Assembly: GCA_023231475.1 (NCBI GenBank)
Contig: JALJEE010000769.1
Coordinates: forward strand, 1-35,425
Origin: Seison nebaliae
Lineage: Eukaryota
Direction: 5' to 3'
DNA length: 35,425 nucleotides
Part shown: in pieces, positions 1 through 10,914 of the stretch
Position numbering within the stretch: position 1 is the stretch's first letter
Layout of the letters: each line of letters opens with the position of its first letter
Position numbers and translations under genes: made by a program
Notes under the pieces: model-generated
Told to the model about the DNA's origin: nothing
Databases searched by the model: none
Seen by the model: the letters and a program-made list of their open reading frames with translations, nothing else

Positions 1-438
1 ACTCGCCACACCGTCTTTCGTTCAGTGTGAAGAATTTATTTCACCGTTGAATTTTTTTTGTCATTATTATGAATTAAGAACTCCCAATTCTATAAATGAC
101 TTCCGAACTCTATTATCAAATTTTAACATATCTTCTCATGTTCCTGATTTGTTGCTTTCAAGAGTAACTCAGGCCAAATCGTTTATTTCAGATGATTCAC
201 CTAGTGAGTTATCTCATTTTCTTCTTTATTTACCCCGCGGGGATTTGTTATTTTAAATTTAAAAAAAAAAAAAAAAAAAAATATGAAATATTATTCAACA
301 TTAAAAATTTGCCATTTTACAAAAATTTTTATGTTTTTATTTTTATCAACAATCGACAGAAGGCAACCCTCAAGAATAGTACTCCTGTTCCAAATAATTT
401 AGGACCTGTCAAAAAAAGTTTATAATTCCAACACCGTG

Positions 439-1815
439 ATGCAATTGACACCAGAGGAGCGACAGAGAATAAGTACATTTCTCTTCTCCAAGAAATTACC
501 TTCGTTCACCAATGTTTCTATTCAGCAATTGTTTCCTTTCATTCAAGAACTGTCAATAGAAAATTGTCCGATTACACCCTTGTTCCAGAAGATAAAGGTA
601 ACCAAACGAGGTAATTGTATGTTGAAATTTGTATCATATATTCCTCGTCAATCGAATAACATCTCATTCAATGAATTCATTAATGGAGGAAATATCGACA
701 TTTTTTCCAAAAAACTTCCGTTTTATAATTATCAATTTCCGCTGAAAAAAGTCGATTTTAACAATTTCAATTTATCGGCAAGATACAAATTCCCTATTTT
801 CCGTTTCATTTTATTTCTATTAGATTGTAGAAAGAGTCAAGAACTGGTTATAGATACCAGTTCTAACTTCAACTCTTTTATTAACAATAATATCGATCTG
901 TTGAAGAAACCTTTAGACGAGTTCGATAAATGTTTGGAAGATGATATCAAAGAAATGATTGCATTGGAAAAAAAGGTTTCGCGAGAATTAACTGATTTTT
1001 CAGTGGAGAAGTTGACGAAATTAATTCTCGAAAAAGAAATTTCAATAGTAAGATCAAAATTGGAAGACGTTGGAAAAGAAACTGGCAATATGAATACTAC
1101 GGACGACGCAGAAAGACTGAAAGAAGAATTTAAAATCAAACATGATGAATTAACAAAGAAATATATTCAGATAAATTCTCATTTTGATAGAGACAAATTT
1201 GAGAAATTAGAAAAACAATTGAAAATGGAAGAAGAATTGAATCAGAAGTTGAATTCTAAAAAACTCGAAATGGAAAAAATTCAGAAAAACTTTAATGAAG
1301 TTGAGGAAGAATTGGAAAAGAATGAACAATTACTATACGAAGAAGCGGATCAATTTGTCTTCTCGTTAATGAATCAATTATCATCTATTGGAAATACATT
1401 GGATGTACCAATGGAAAAATATCATAAATATTTAGAAGAGTTTCAACTTGCAATCGACAATAAATCTCGTGTTAAATTAAATGACTTTATGAATAATTTA
1501 GAAAATTGGAAAGTTAAAGTTCAAGAAGAGATTGCTTATGGACGAAATCAACTGGGTATTAAACGACAAATTAGATATGCCGATTATAAGAGGAAAACAA
1601 AAGAATTCGATGACAAATTGGAATTAACGAAGAAGCAGAACATCTTATCAGAAGAAGTGGAAACGGATCTTAATATTGAAGAACAAGAACTGAAAGTGTT
1701 GAAATTGCAGATAAGATTTGTGAAAGCTAAGATCGAAATTTTTAAAGAAAATTATCGGAAATTGGAGGAATATGCTCACTTCTTAATTAACACATTTAAT
1801 GCTCTCAATAGATGA
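439..1815 (+). CDS. Coiled-coil protein, probable divergent NDC80/HEC1 kinetochore subunit (5' end uncertain)
   Basis: Uninterrupted ORF of about 458 aa. YNYQFPLKKVDF...KFPIFRFILFLLDC resembles the end of the Ndc80 CH domain (GYPFALSKSSM...WPHIVAALVWLIDC). About 300 aa of E/K-rich coiled coil follows. Confidence 0.45.
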   Translation: MQLTPEERQRISTFLFSKKLPSFTNVSIQQLFPFIQELSIENCPITPLFQKIKVTKRGNCMLKFVSYIPRQSNNISFNEFINGGNIDIFSKKLPFYNYQFPLKKVDFNNFNLSARYKFPIFRFILFLLDCRKSQELVIDTSSNFNSFINNNIDLLKKPLDEFDKCLEDDIKEMIALEKKVSRELTDFSVEKLTKLILEKEISIVRSKLEDVGKETGNMNTTDDAERLKEEFKIKHDELTKKYIQINSHFDRDKFEKLEKQLKMEEELNQKLNSKKLEMEKIQKNFNEVEEELEKNEQLLYEEADQFVFSLMNQLSSIGNTLDVPMEKYHKYLEEFQLAIDNKSRVKLNDFMNNLENWKVKVQEEIAYGRNQLGIKRQIRYADYKRKTKEFDDKLELTKKQNILSEEVETDLNIEEQELKVLKLQIRFVKAKIEIFKENYRKLEEYAHFLINTFNALNR

Positions 1816-2502
1816 TTAATGTTATTTCTTGAGGATATTATACTTGGTTTACGAGGGTAGATTTAATAATCCTTTATATTTTCCATTTTTTTTGGCTGTT
1901 ATATGTTAAATCGGAATGTCATTTTTTCTTTTAACTTCAACATCATTTCAGACATGTAAATCTTGAGGATTGTAAGAAGTATAAGTTGAAGTTCCAAAAC
2001 AAGAAAACTTGAAGGAATTTTTATCGTTAATAAAGAAAGATGCATCTAAATATTAATAAAAACTATTGCAACAATTATATCATGATTTATCTCCATTATG
2101 TATATTAAACATAATGTACTCAATTTTTTAATTTCTTCAATTAGGTTCTATCAGATTCCTTCAACTTGGGATAGATGGATAATGAAACATAAGGCAAATT
2201 TAGAAATGTAAAATTTAAAAAAAGAAATGCTTGATAATAAAATGAGTGAATAGTACGTAGAATGTTCTACCTAAATCGATAGTATATTGTAGAAGTTTCA
2301 ACGTAGAATATAATCCAAATTGAAAAAATTGAACACTATATGTTTAGTTTCATATTATTATAATTAACCTAAAATAAAAATTTCTCCAAAATTATAACTT
2401 ATAAAACAAAAGTTAGAAAACGTTAATTATTGTAATGGAACGATTAGAAAACAAGGTTGGAGTGATTGAAGAACTTGTTCGTTTAAGAGTATTTACATTC
2501 CA

Positions 2503-2516
2503 GTTACCATAGTAAT
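2503..2516. promoter_or_regulatory. RFX X-box-like element
   Basis: GTTACCATAGTAAT is close to the X-box consensus GTNRCC-AT-RGYAAC and lies about 48 nt upstream of the ATG of a ciliary gene. Confidence 0.6.
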
Positions 2517-2563
2517 AGAAGAAAATTTTTCAAACACAAATATTGAGTCAATATTATTTGACC

Positions 2564-2863
2564 ATGGACCAGCAGATAAATCAGAAAAACTACGTTGCCG
2601 AAGATTGTTTTTGGAGATCAGTAGTAAAGACACAGAACCTTAGACAGAAGAACTGGAAGGATCTTTATGGTTATATGGTGGAAGAAACGACTAAAAAGAA
2701 AAGTAGCACAGAAACAAATATACCGCCAAAACAATCTTCACAATATATTGGATGGCGTTATGGAAATAGTTTATTGACCCATCCAAAATTTAATATTACC
2801 ACCAGACGACAAACAGACCTACCCAATACTCTTGGACTGCCTGCAAATGGTGCTAATGATTAA
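2564..2863 (+). CDS. C20orf85: C20orf85/LLC1 (CIMIP1)-family ciliary microtubule protein
   Basis: NYVAEDCFWRSVVK...NWKDLYGYM and PKQSSQYIGWR match the remembered LLC1 motifs (N-x-V-x-x-D-x-x-W...W-x-x-x-WGF; TT-x-x-x-IGWR). Single exon. Confidence 0.75.
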   Translation: MDQQINQKNYVAEDCFWRSVVKTQNLRQKNWKDLYGYMVEETTKKKSSTETNIPPKQSSQYIGWRYGNSLLTHPKFNITTRRQTDLPNTLGLPANGAND

Positions 2864-3451
2864 AATCCAAGTCAGTTCCAAGTCAGATTAGGTCGAAAAA
2901 GAACGAACGTAATTCAATATTAGCATCTCTCACAATAATTAATCTAACCAATCCTATTACTATAGATTGAAGTAATAGTTCAAATTCTTAAAATTATTTA
3001 CCAATATCTTTATTTCATCTTCATTTTAACGTTCATTTAATAATCAATTAATTCAAATGCTCATAAACCTAAAAGTCAATTTCAAGGATTTGAGGTAAGG
3101 CGGACACACAAATCACGATTAATGAACGTTTTCCAGTGAGAATTAACCAAATCTTGTAAATTATTTGAAGTGTCTGTAATTTTATTTGAATTCCACTGCA
3201 TTAATGTGAATGAAGATGTTTAAAAAATAATGATAATAAAAAATTTTAAATAATTAAGAAAAAAATCTTCTGTTTATTCCAGGCCGATGATTTTTCAGTA
3301 TTTTCTATTTTCACGTGTGATTCTATTTGAGAAAAACTATGGTAAAATTAAGAGTTTTAAGAGAAGTATGTTGTTGAATTGAAAGCTTCCAGTCTCTAAA
3401 TAGTGAAGTGAAGATAAGACATTGGTAAGTTTTTGAAGTTCGTTTCAGAGG

Positions 3452-6113
3452 ATGATAGAAGAAGTAAAAAAAGTTAGAAAGAATGGAAGAAGGAATGCTA
3501 TCAACCGAAAAGTGTTGGTCGATCGGTTGAATTTAAGAGAGAAATTAGGAGATCTTCAGAATACTGTTCAACAAACTACTTCTTCGAATGAGAGTAAAAC
3601 AGAAACAAGCCCGGAAATAAAATTTGCTCAATCATTGGCATCTAATTGTAAAGAACAGCGTGAACAAGCTCTTTCTCGTACATCTAATTTTTTGAAAACG
3701 CAAAGTTCCGTCATATCTTTGAAAAATGTTCAACATCGTTTTAGAATCGATAACATTCGTTGATTTATTGAAATTATGGAAAGGACTTTACTTAGCCTTA
3801 TGGCAAACGGACAAACCAAAAACACAAGAACATCTGATTGAAAACGTTTCGTCTCTAATGAAATGTTTCGATTCGAATTTATCGTTTTCAATTCTCTTCT
3901 ATCGTGCTGGCATTGCTACAATATCGAGAGAATGGAAAGTTATTGATAAATGGAGAACTGATAAATTCTTATTGGTTTTAATTATGATCTTCTCAATTTT
4001 ATTTTATTTCTATTTTTAGTTAAATCGATATCTCTTGAAAAATTTATTGGATGTTTTTGAAATGTTTGATTGGAATGAACATTGTCTCATTTATTTTCGA
4101 AAAATATTATTGATTGACCTCTTAAATGATTATGTGAAAGAAGATTTAGTTAAAGAGAATTTCAATGTTTCCATCGATAATGATGATGTGAATTCTTCAA
4201 AAAAATTATTCAAGCGACACATTTCCGATTATGAAGATTACGATGAACAATTATTGTTACTTCATCAGAATCATGTGAAAACGGCGTATAGTTCTCTCTT
4301 TCTCTCTTTCCATCAATTCATCGATTGAAGGTATTCTTATTCATTTTTTGGAAATATTCCTTGAGGAATTATCATTAAAGAAGAAAGTCTCTACTAAAAT
4401 TTCATCTGCAATCTCGAAAATATTTGTGGAAGCTATTTCGTTATTAGAAAAGTTTTATTTTTTTTCTTTCACCAAATTGATTATGATTGAACCTTATTAA
4501 TGATTTTTTATAAAAAGCATGAAAATTTGTCATTTGATCGAGAAGAATATTTTTAAATCAATCATCGAACAGTCAGATGTTGGCATCCCAACAGAGGAAG
4601 AAGAAAAAGAAGAATTTAACAATTTAACAACTTTCGACAGAACGAAAATTGAGAAGAAGTATCAGAATGAAGATGAAGAAGAATCGTCTGTTGAAGTTAA
4701 TTTTATTGGTCTTTAAAATTTGAAATGTTTTTCTTGAAAAATAAAGTTCGATTATGAATTTTTAAGTGAAGCATTTTTGGAATTTTGGAAGAAACAAAAT
4801 ATTCCTACGAAGAATAAGAAAATTCTCCATCGCAATTATATTTAGTTCACTTTAATTTTTTCTTTCGTCCTTTCTCATTTAGTAGTTTCAAGGAAATGGA
4901 CAATGGAAGATATCCGTTCGCTATGAATAAAGATGAATATAAACCATCCTTAAATGATGATGTTGCTTGCCTTTATTTTACATCATTTTCTCATATAATT
5001 TAATTTAAGGATGTTTCAATGAAAGAAGATATCTTACCTGAAATTTGTAATTCCGAACAAATTGGAATGAAAGAAAAAAGGTTAATAGAGAATAGAATGG
5101 CAATCGATAATTTAACAGACAATGGAGTGGTCAATGGTAACTTGATAGAAAATGAAGTGTTAATCGAGGAGAATGTGATGAAAAATGACAATGAGAATAA
5201 TGAAGAAGAAAGAGATGATGTTACTTCATCGAACGAATTGAATAAACTAACTCCGAACAACATCAAAGGAGATGGTTTTAATTTAGATAATCCTGTGAAA
5301 TCACCAAATCTTTCACCCGTTCCTAAATCGATGTCGATGAAATTGACATTCGTCACCGAGGATCCTCAAGAAGAACAAATTCTAAACTCTCTACTACAAA
5401 ATGAGGATGATGCAGTTCCGAATATCGACGTTGCGATATCTGAAAGTCCAGAAAAGATTGATTCAGAATCAGAATCAGAATCAGAATCAGATGATGTCGA
5501 TATGCAAGAAAATGATGAAGAGAACGAAGATATAAGTTTTAATGACGGAAGAATAAGGAAAGTTACATTTCAAGGTGGACTCCCACAAATCAGAGGTTTT
5601 AATTAATCATTTCTATTTCGTCTATTGATAAATTCTTAAGAATTACCGAAAAGTTGGAGGAAACCGAAAAAATTAAAAATTCACATTCCTCATTTAATTG
5701 AAGAGAATATGAAATCGATTTTGAAAGAAAAGAGTAAATATCCGACGGATAAAATGTCTCCGATTAATGGAGAGACGACACTGAATGAGGAAGGCTCGAA
5801 AATTCGTATAGAACTTGCCAAACGTGCAATTGATCAAAAGAAAGGAATAAACGCCAATAACTTTTATTTATTCAATGAATTTATAGCAAATTCACTCGAG
5901 AATAAATTAGGTTCGGAGGATTCGGATGAATCATGTGAAATCTCCTCAAAAGTTTTCGAATGGCTCTTGGAGAATTCGATCGACGAAGAAGGAGATGATG
6001 GTAAATCTGTATCTGATGATTCAGACGACGAATATAAGCCAAAAGGAAAGAATAAAAAGAAAATGAAACGAAACAATAAGAATAAGAAGATGAATAAAAA
6101 GAGAAAGTCGTAA
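3452..6113 (+). CDS. RRP1: Ribosomal RNA processing protein 1 (RRP1/Nop52 family), 9 exons
   Basis: Nop52 motifs EIKFAQSLASN, LLKLWKGL..ALWQTDKP, REWKVIDKWRTDKFLLL, HFLEIFLEEL and FDYE. Frame-restoring introns: 3705-3744, 3975-4019, 4291-4330, 4452-4517, 4696-4746, 4845-4885, 4962-5009, 5596-5640. RKVTF (RVxF) motif and a basic C-terminus. Confidence 0.9.
5463..5490 (+). repeat. (TCAGAA)n coding microsatellite (Ser-Glu repeat)
   Basis: About 4.5 tandem hexamers inside an RRP1 exon. Confidence 0.8.
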
Positions 6114-6929
6114 AACTTTTTTTTTATCAGTGGTTGGTCCTCGGAAAATTTTCAATTATTTGTGTATGTTTAAATTGAACTAAATTTTTTTATTTGTTCT
6201 AATTGGTTTTAATGAATGACAAAATTTGATAAATTTCAAAGATGGATATCTTCAGCCGTGTTGTCGCCAAATAAGTAAATGGGGCGTGTTAAATAAATGA
6301 GTAATTAATATTTTTGATAAAATATTTTAAAACTAATTTGTTTCAAGAAAAAATATTCTGACAGCAAAAAATAACAATAAAAATTAGCTGAATTGAACTT
6401 AAAATTTGAATGACAATTTTCAAATATATTCCAATTCCATTAATTTTTTATGTTACAAAGTTATATGAGATATTTATAATATGAAAATGGAGATGGTCCA
6501 TCTCCTACATTTTTGTTATTAGAGAATAATAAATAACATAACAATGAAGACATATGAGGTAGGGACAGAGGAGGAAGTGTATATTTATTTCATTAGGCAA
6601 ACTGGACAAAGAGGGACATTCTCTGGTGAAATGAATGTTGTATAAGTAACTTTTATAAGTTGTATGGATATATTATGTGAATTGAATTGAAATATGAATT
6701 GATGTCTCTATCATTTGAGTTGTAAGGAATAAAATAAAAGGAAGAGATATATCTGCCTTAAACTGATTAATAGAAACATATTTAGTTGATATGATAAATT
6801 GATAAATCAATCTTACTTTTTTTCTTCATTAGATGTATAGTTATGGTCTTCTAAATTAAGACATACTTCTCATCTGATGACTGAGCTATTCCTTAACTAT
6901 CTATTCAGTTTGACGTCATCCATAGAGTA

Positions 6930-9900
6930 ATGGAGACATTACAATCGGAGAATCGGGAAGATGAGACGGTTGGCATTCTCTTCAACGACTCACCATCTGA
7001 CACTGGAAATGGAACGATTATAGGTGATATATTCATTTCTGATGAACAACTACTTGGTTATTCCACCAAAGAGTTGAATCAAGCATTGAAAATTCATAAT
7101 TTCACTGCACAACAAATTGAAATTGTTAAATCGAGACGACGTATGTTGAAGAATCGAGGATATGCACAGAACTCTCGAATGAAAGAACAATTTAATAGGA
7201 AACGATTCGCTGAAAAACGAAAAAGTCTCATCGATGAATTACGATTGAGTATGACTGAATATGAGAAATTAGAATTGCAATTAGAATCTCTCTTTATGAA
7301 TTGCAACGAATCGATAACTTTTGCGAAAAAGTTACAAATCGATATGGCTGACATTTCACCAACTGTCGACGAATTCTATAAGTTGATGTCGAACTTCTCA
7401 TCGGGTAAAGGGAAGTTGAAGGATGAAGCGAAAAAATTCCTTCAGTTTGAAATGAATGTCAATTATCAAGAGAATGGCAATAAAGAATGTTCATCACCAA
7501 TCTCAGGTAGAGCGACATCCCCCGCTCAAAATTTTTCGTCAATTGTTGAAGATGAAGAAGATTTATCGGAATTGATAGTTGAAAATGAGAATATGATACA
7601 AGAGAAGAATTCATTCGAATCGAATAATGTCAATTCGGAATCGAATTTCAGTCGAAATTATTCGAAAATCGATTTCAATGAAAAGATGATGAATCCGAAT
7701 AATTATTTGAAACAAAAATCATCCCATTTATTCCGATCAATATATCATTCAGATATTACTGAAAGTGAACCATGTATGGATGATGAAACGACAACAGGAA
7801 ATGATTATGACGACGACTTTTCCGAATGTGATTGGAATCATTCTCGTTTGGCACAAAGTCGACGGTTAGTACAAATGAAGAATGAGGAATTATTGAGAGA
7901 GCAAGAAGAACAGAAACTGAATGGTAATAATGGTAATAATGATCCAGAATATCAAACATTGACACCATCATCGGCAGCAAAAATGAAGGAAGATTTCAAG
8001 ATATTTCGATCAAACCCTTCAACAATCGAAGAAGTTGAAAATGGGAAAAGTGAAAATTATCTTCAAATCGATTCAATGGATAAGTCAATGTCCAAGAATG
8101 ATGATGTCGATAATTTCAAAAATGATTCTTCTTCCATTCTTCTTGGGAATGACACTAATGGAATGATTGTGGATAATTTGAATGGAAATTTCTCAACTTC
8201 TAATCGAAACGACAATCATGACGAAAATGAGAATTTAAATAAGAATATTGTGGGCACAATATCATCCACTACCACTACTTCAAATTCAACTGATGCATAT
8301 GTAAATAATAATAATAATAATATGAATAATAAAATTTTTCATCATCATAATCATCAATACAATGAGAATTATAAGACAATGATAACACAACGACCATATC
8401 TGTCGACAGCGATTCGTAGTGACGATCGTCGATTAGTTGAAGACCAGATGAAACATCGAATTCTTATGAATAACGAACGAACAGCATTTATTAATGGAAT
8501 CGTGACACAAGATGTAAACGATGATGATGATGATGATGACGATGATGATGATGAGGATGATGATCATGATAGTCGTAGTTTGAATCATAACGACTGTTTA
8601 ACTAATAATCATCTTTATAAATTCGATGGAAACGGTTTAAATAATTCAAATGAAATGGAAACGTCTCCTTCGTTTGATTCGATGACAGATCATTTGATAT
8701 TTAAGAGAACGCATCATTTAATTTCTGAAGAAACAATAAAATCAAACGATTCACCGAAGTCTTTGATTGATACCAAATTAAAATTTGTAAATAGTCAACC
8801 CAGACAAATGTCATTGATTGAAAGTGAAAATAAAGAAGATGATGAATTAATTGATCAGAAATCAGAGACAGATATCTCAAAAGACAAAGACAATTATCTC
8901 TCAGATATCTCTCAAATTAAATCTCAATATGGACATAATATCGTTCTGGAGAACGCGATGAAAGAACCATTTGCTATGAATAGTTTGGAGACGCCGGAAT
9001 CGAAAAGTAATTTTTTCAGGAATTCGACGGCTGTCGTCGTTTCAGCGGCAGCGAAATTACCGTCGAATGTTAAGCGATTAAGAATTCCTTATAGTTTCAA
9101 AGTGCCAAATAATACGAATCTTCCACCAATATATCCTCGATGTTACACTCAATTTCAATCCATCCAAAATAATCATCATGATTATGTCGATATACAGAAT
9201 TTGACACCAAATACACTTCCCAGCACCGACGACAATACGGATTTCTCTGAGAATAAATCACTTCCCATTCCACAGACTAATGAGAGTTCACTAGACAATC
9301 AATCTCAATATCAACATCTCATATCAACCAAAAATGACGTTGAGATGATGTTGACATCATCATCTTCACAATTATCACAACAACATCATCATAGAGACGA
9401 TATGATTTCGAATGGAAAATCAGAAAATTATATATTCTCTTCTAATATCTCTAGTTCTGAAAGAGATTCATCTGGATCGTACAGAATGGGAAATCGAATG
9501 GTCTCCCGGTTATCTGCTAATCATTCGAAATTCAATTCATCCATCTCTTCCAATACACCAACAATGACATTAAAAGATGATTATCGTCGAGATCGCACAC
9601 ATCCGTATCAGATCAATAAGAATCGAAATATTTTGAAAATTAGAAATTTGAAGAGAACATTCGGTTCAATGCAACAACAATCTATTTCACTTCCAACAGG
9701 AAATAGTGAAAAGTCTGAAGTGAATAATGTAGAATTAACAGGTGTGGAAACCGTTCCAACCACAATTACCACAAACAAAATCATAAGAAGTGATGTAAAT
9801 GACATCGAGATAAAGCAGAAACGTCGAAATGAAATTGAATCAGATATCGATATAGATAGTCCAATTAAATCGACCACCGTCCCCACAGTCGTCACAACGA

Positions 9901-10526
9901 AACATAGGAAGAACTTTTTAAATCCTCCCCCATGGGTAGATTGTGCTGATGATGCGATGAATGATGGCGATGATGAAGATGATGAATATGATCATCTTCT
10001 TCAAAAGAAGAAAGCCATTCAATCGACGGAGGAAGATGATGATGAATTGATTTTATATCCCGATCAATTATCTTCTACTACATCTCTTCACAATCTCGAC
10101 AGCACATTACGAATGTCGTCGGATAAACAGTCGACGAAGCATGATAATAGTAATAATAAGAATGACAGTTTTATGGTAGATTTGGAGAAGAAGGTTGAAG
10201 ATGTGAAACATGTGAAAAATCTTTCGTCTATGATCAGTTTATTGGTTGGAGGATTGTCAAGAAGTTCCGATGTGATCAATTCGAATGATGATAATAATGA
10301 AATCAGTAATAATAATAATAATAATAATAATAATAGTATTATTAATCATCCGCATCATCATCAACTGACGAAGAAGAATAGTGACAATTTAATATCATCA
10401 GCGTCATCTACAGGAAATAGTGTAAGTCGATGTCGTTTGTTATATGAAATTAATCTGAAATTAATTCTCAATAATTTGAAAAGAAGACAAAGTCGAATGT
10501 TGGTTGATAAGAAAGACCGAACTTAA
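6930..10526 (+). CDS. maf: Maf-family bZIP transcription factor with a very long low-complexity C-terminus
   Basis: Extended homology region plus basic region: ISDEQLLGYSTKELNQAL...IEIVKSRRRMLKNRGYAQNSR, then a leucine zipper. The terminal exon structure is uncertain. Confidence 0.85.
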   Translation: METLQSENREDETVGILFNDSPSDTGNGTIIGDIFISDEQLLGYSTKELNQALKIHNFTAQQIEIVKSRRRMLKNRGYAQNSRMKEQFNRKRFAEKRKSLIDELRLSMTEYEKLELQLESLFMNCNESITFAKKLQIDMADISPTVDEFYKLMSNFSSGKGKLKDEAKKFLQFEMNVNYQENGNKECSSPISGRATSPAQNFSSIVEDEEDLSELIVENENMIQEKNSFESNNVNSESNFSRNYSKIDFNEKMMNPNNYLKQKSSHLFRSIYHSDITESEPCMDDETTTGNDYDDDFSECDWNHSRLAQSRRLVQMKNEELLREQEEQKLNGNNGNNDPEYQTLTPSSAAKMKEDFKIFRSNPSTIEEVENGKSENYLQIDSMDKSMSKNDDVDNFKNDSSSILLGNDTNGMIVDNLNGNFSTSNRNDNHDENENLNKNIVGTISSTTTTSNSTDAYVNNNNNNMNNKIFHHHNHQYNENYKTMITQRPYLSTAIRSDDRRLVEDQMKHRILMNNERTAFINGIVTQDVNDDDDDDDDDDDEDDDHDSRSLNHNDCLTNNHLYKFDGNGLNNSNEMETSPSFDSMTDHLIFKRTHHLISEETIKSNDSPKSLIDTKLKFVNSQPRQMSLIESENKEDDELIDQKSETDISKDKDNYLSDISQIKSQYGHNIVLENAMKEPFAMNSLETPESKSNFFRNSTAVVVSAAAKLPSNVKRLRIPYSFKVPNNTNLPPIYPRCYTQFQSIQNNHHDYVDIQNLTPNTLPSTDDNTDFSENKSLPIPQTNESSLDNQSQYQHLISTKNDVEMMLTSSSSQLSQQHHHRDDMISNGKSENYIFSSNISSSERDSSGSYRMGNRMVSRLSANHSKFNSSISSNTPTMTLKDDYRRDRTHPYQINKNRNILKIRNLKRTFGSMQQQSISLPTGNSEKSEVNNVELTGVETVPTTITTNKIIRSDVNDIEIKQKRRNEIESDIDIDSPIKSTTVPTVVTTKHRKNFLNPPPWVDCADDAMNDGDDEDDEYDHLLQKKKAIQSTEEDDDELILYPDQLSSTTSLHNLDSTLRMSSDKQSTKHDNSNNKNDSFMVDLEKKVEDVKHVKNLSSMISLLVGGLSRSSDVINSNDDNNEISNNNNNNNNNSIINHPHHHQLTKKNSDNLISSASSTGNSVSRCRLLYEINLKLILNNLKRRQSRMLVDKKDRT
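8520..8570 (+). repeat. (GAT)n coding microsatellite (poly-Asp)
   Basis: Imperfect GAT run inside the Maf ORF. AAT runs (poly-Asn) also occur near 8303-8330 and 10308-10334. Confidence 0.8.
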
Positions 10527-10914
10527 ATTCAAATAAATTATTTCTTCTCCTAGTTTTTATCACATAAAGGAACTATCGATCCCACTGCCATTAGAATCCA
10601 TTCATTCAAAACCTTTTATTTATATTCATTCTATTCGTCACTTATTGTTTGGGAAAAGAAAAATTCTTCGATAGTTCTATTAGAATTCTCATTCTGAATC
10701 ATTATCATTTTTTTTAATTTTATGAAATAAACTTTTGGTAAGTAAAATTTTCAGTCTTTCAGAAAGGTTATTTCAGAATTATGTTAATTTTCAGTTATCA
10801 ATGAAAATGTTTTATATCAGATGGTATTCCTCTCATAATTGACTCTAATAAAAACTTTAAATAATTGTCTATTACGATATCATATTATTTTTGTATTAGT
10901 ATAATCAAATTAAA

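Noticed and set aside
47..425. Short ORFs 47-256 and 192-425
   Set aside because: No recognisable motif. One runs through the A21 tract (poly-K). Probably non-coding or fragments.
3452..6113. Frameshifted pseudogene or alternative genetic code as the cause of ORF fragmentation
   Set aside because: Every break is resolved by a 40-66 nt GT-AG intron. TAA, TAG and TGA all act as terminal stops in the window.
8303..8570. AAT/GAT repeats as a CRISPR array or mobile element
   Set aside because: In-frame trinucleotide runs encoding poly-N/poly-D, with no repeat-spacer structure. The context is eukaryotic.
837..10279. Minus-strand ORFs opposite the NDC80-like, RRP1 and Maf genes
   Set aside because: Antisense shadows of real coding frames, with S/F/I-rich mirror composition.
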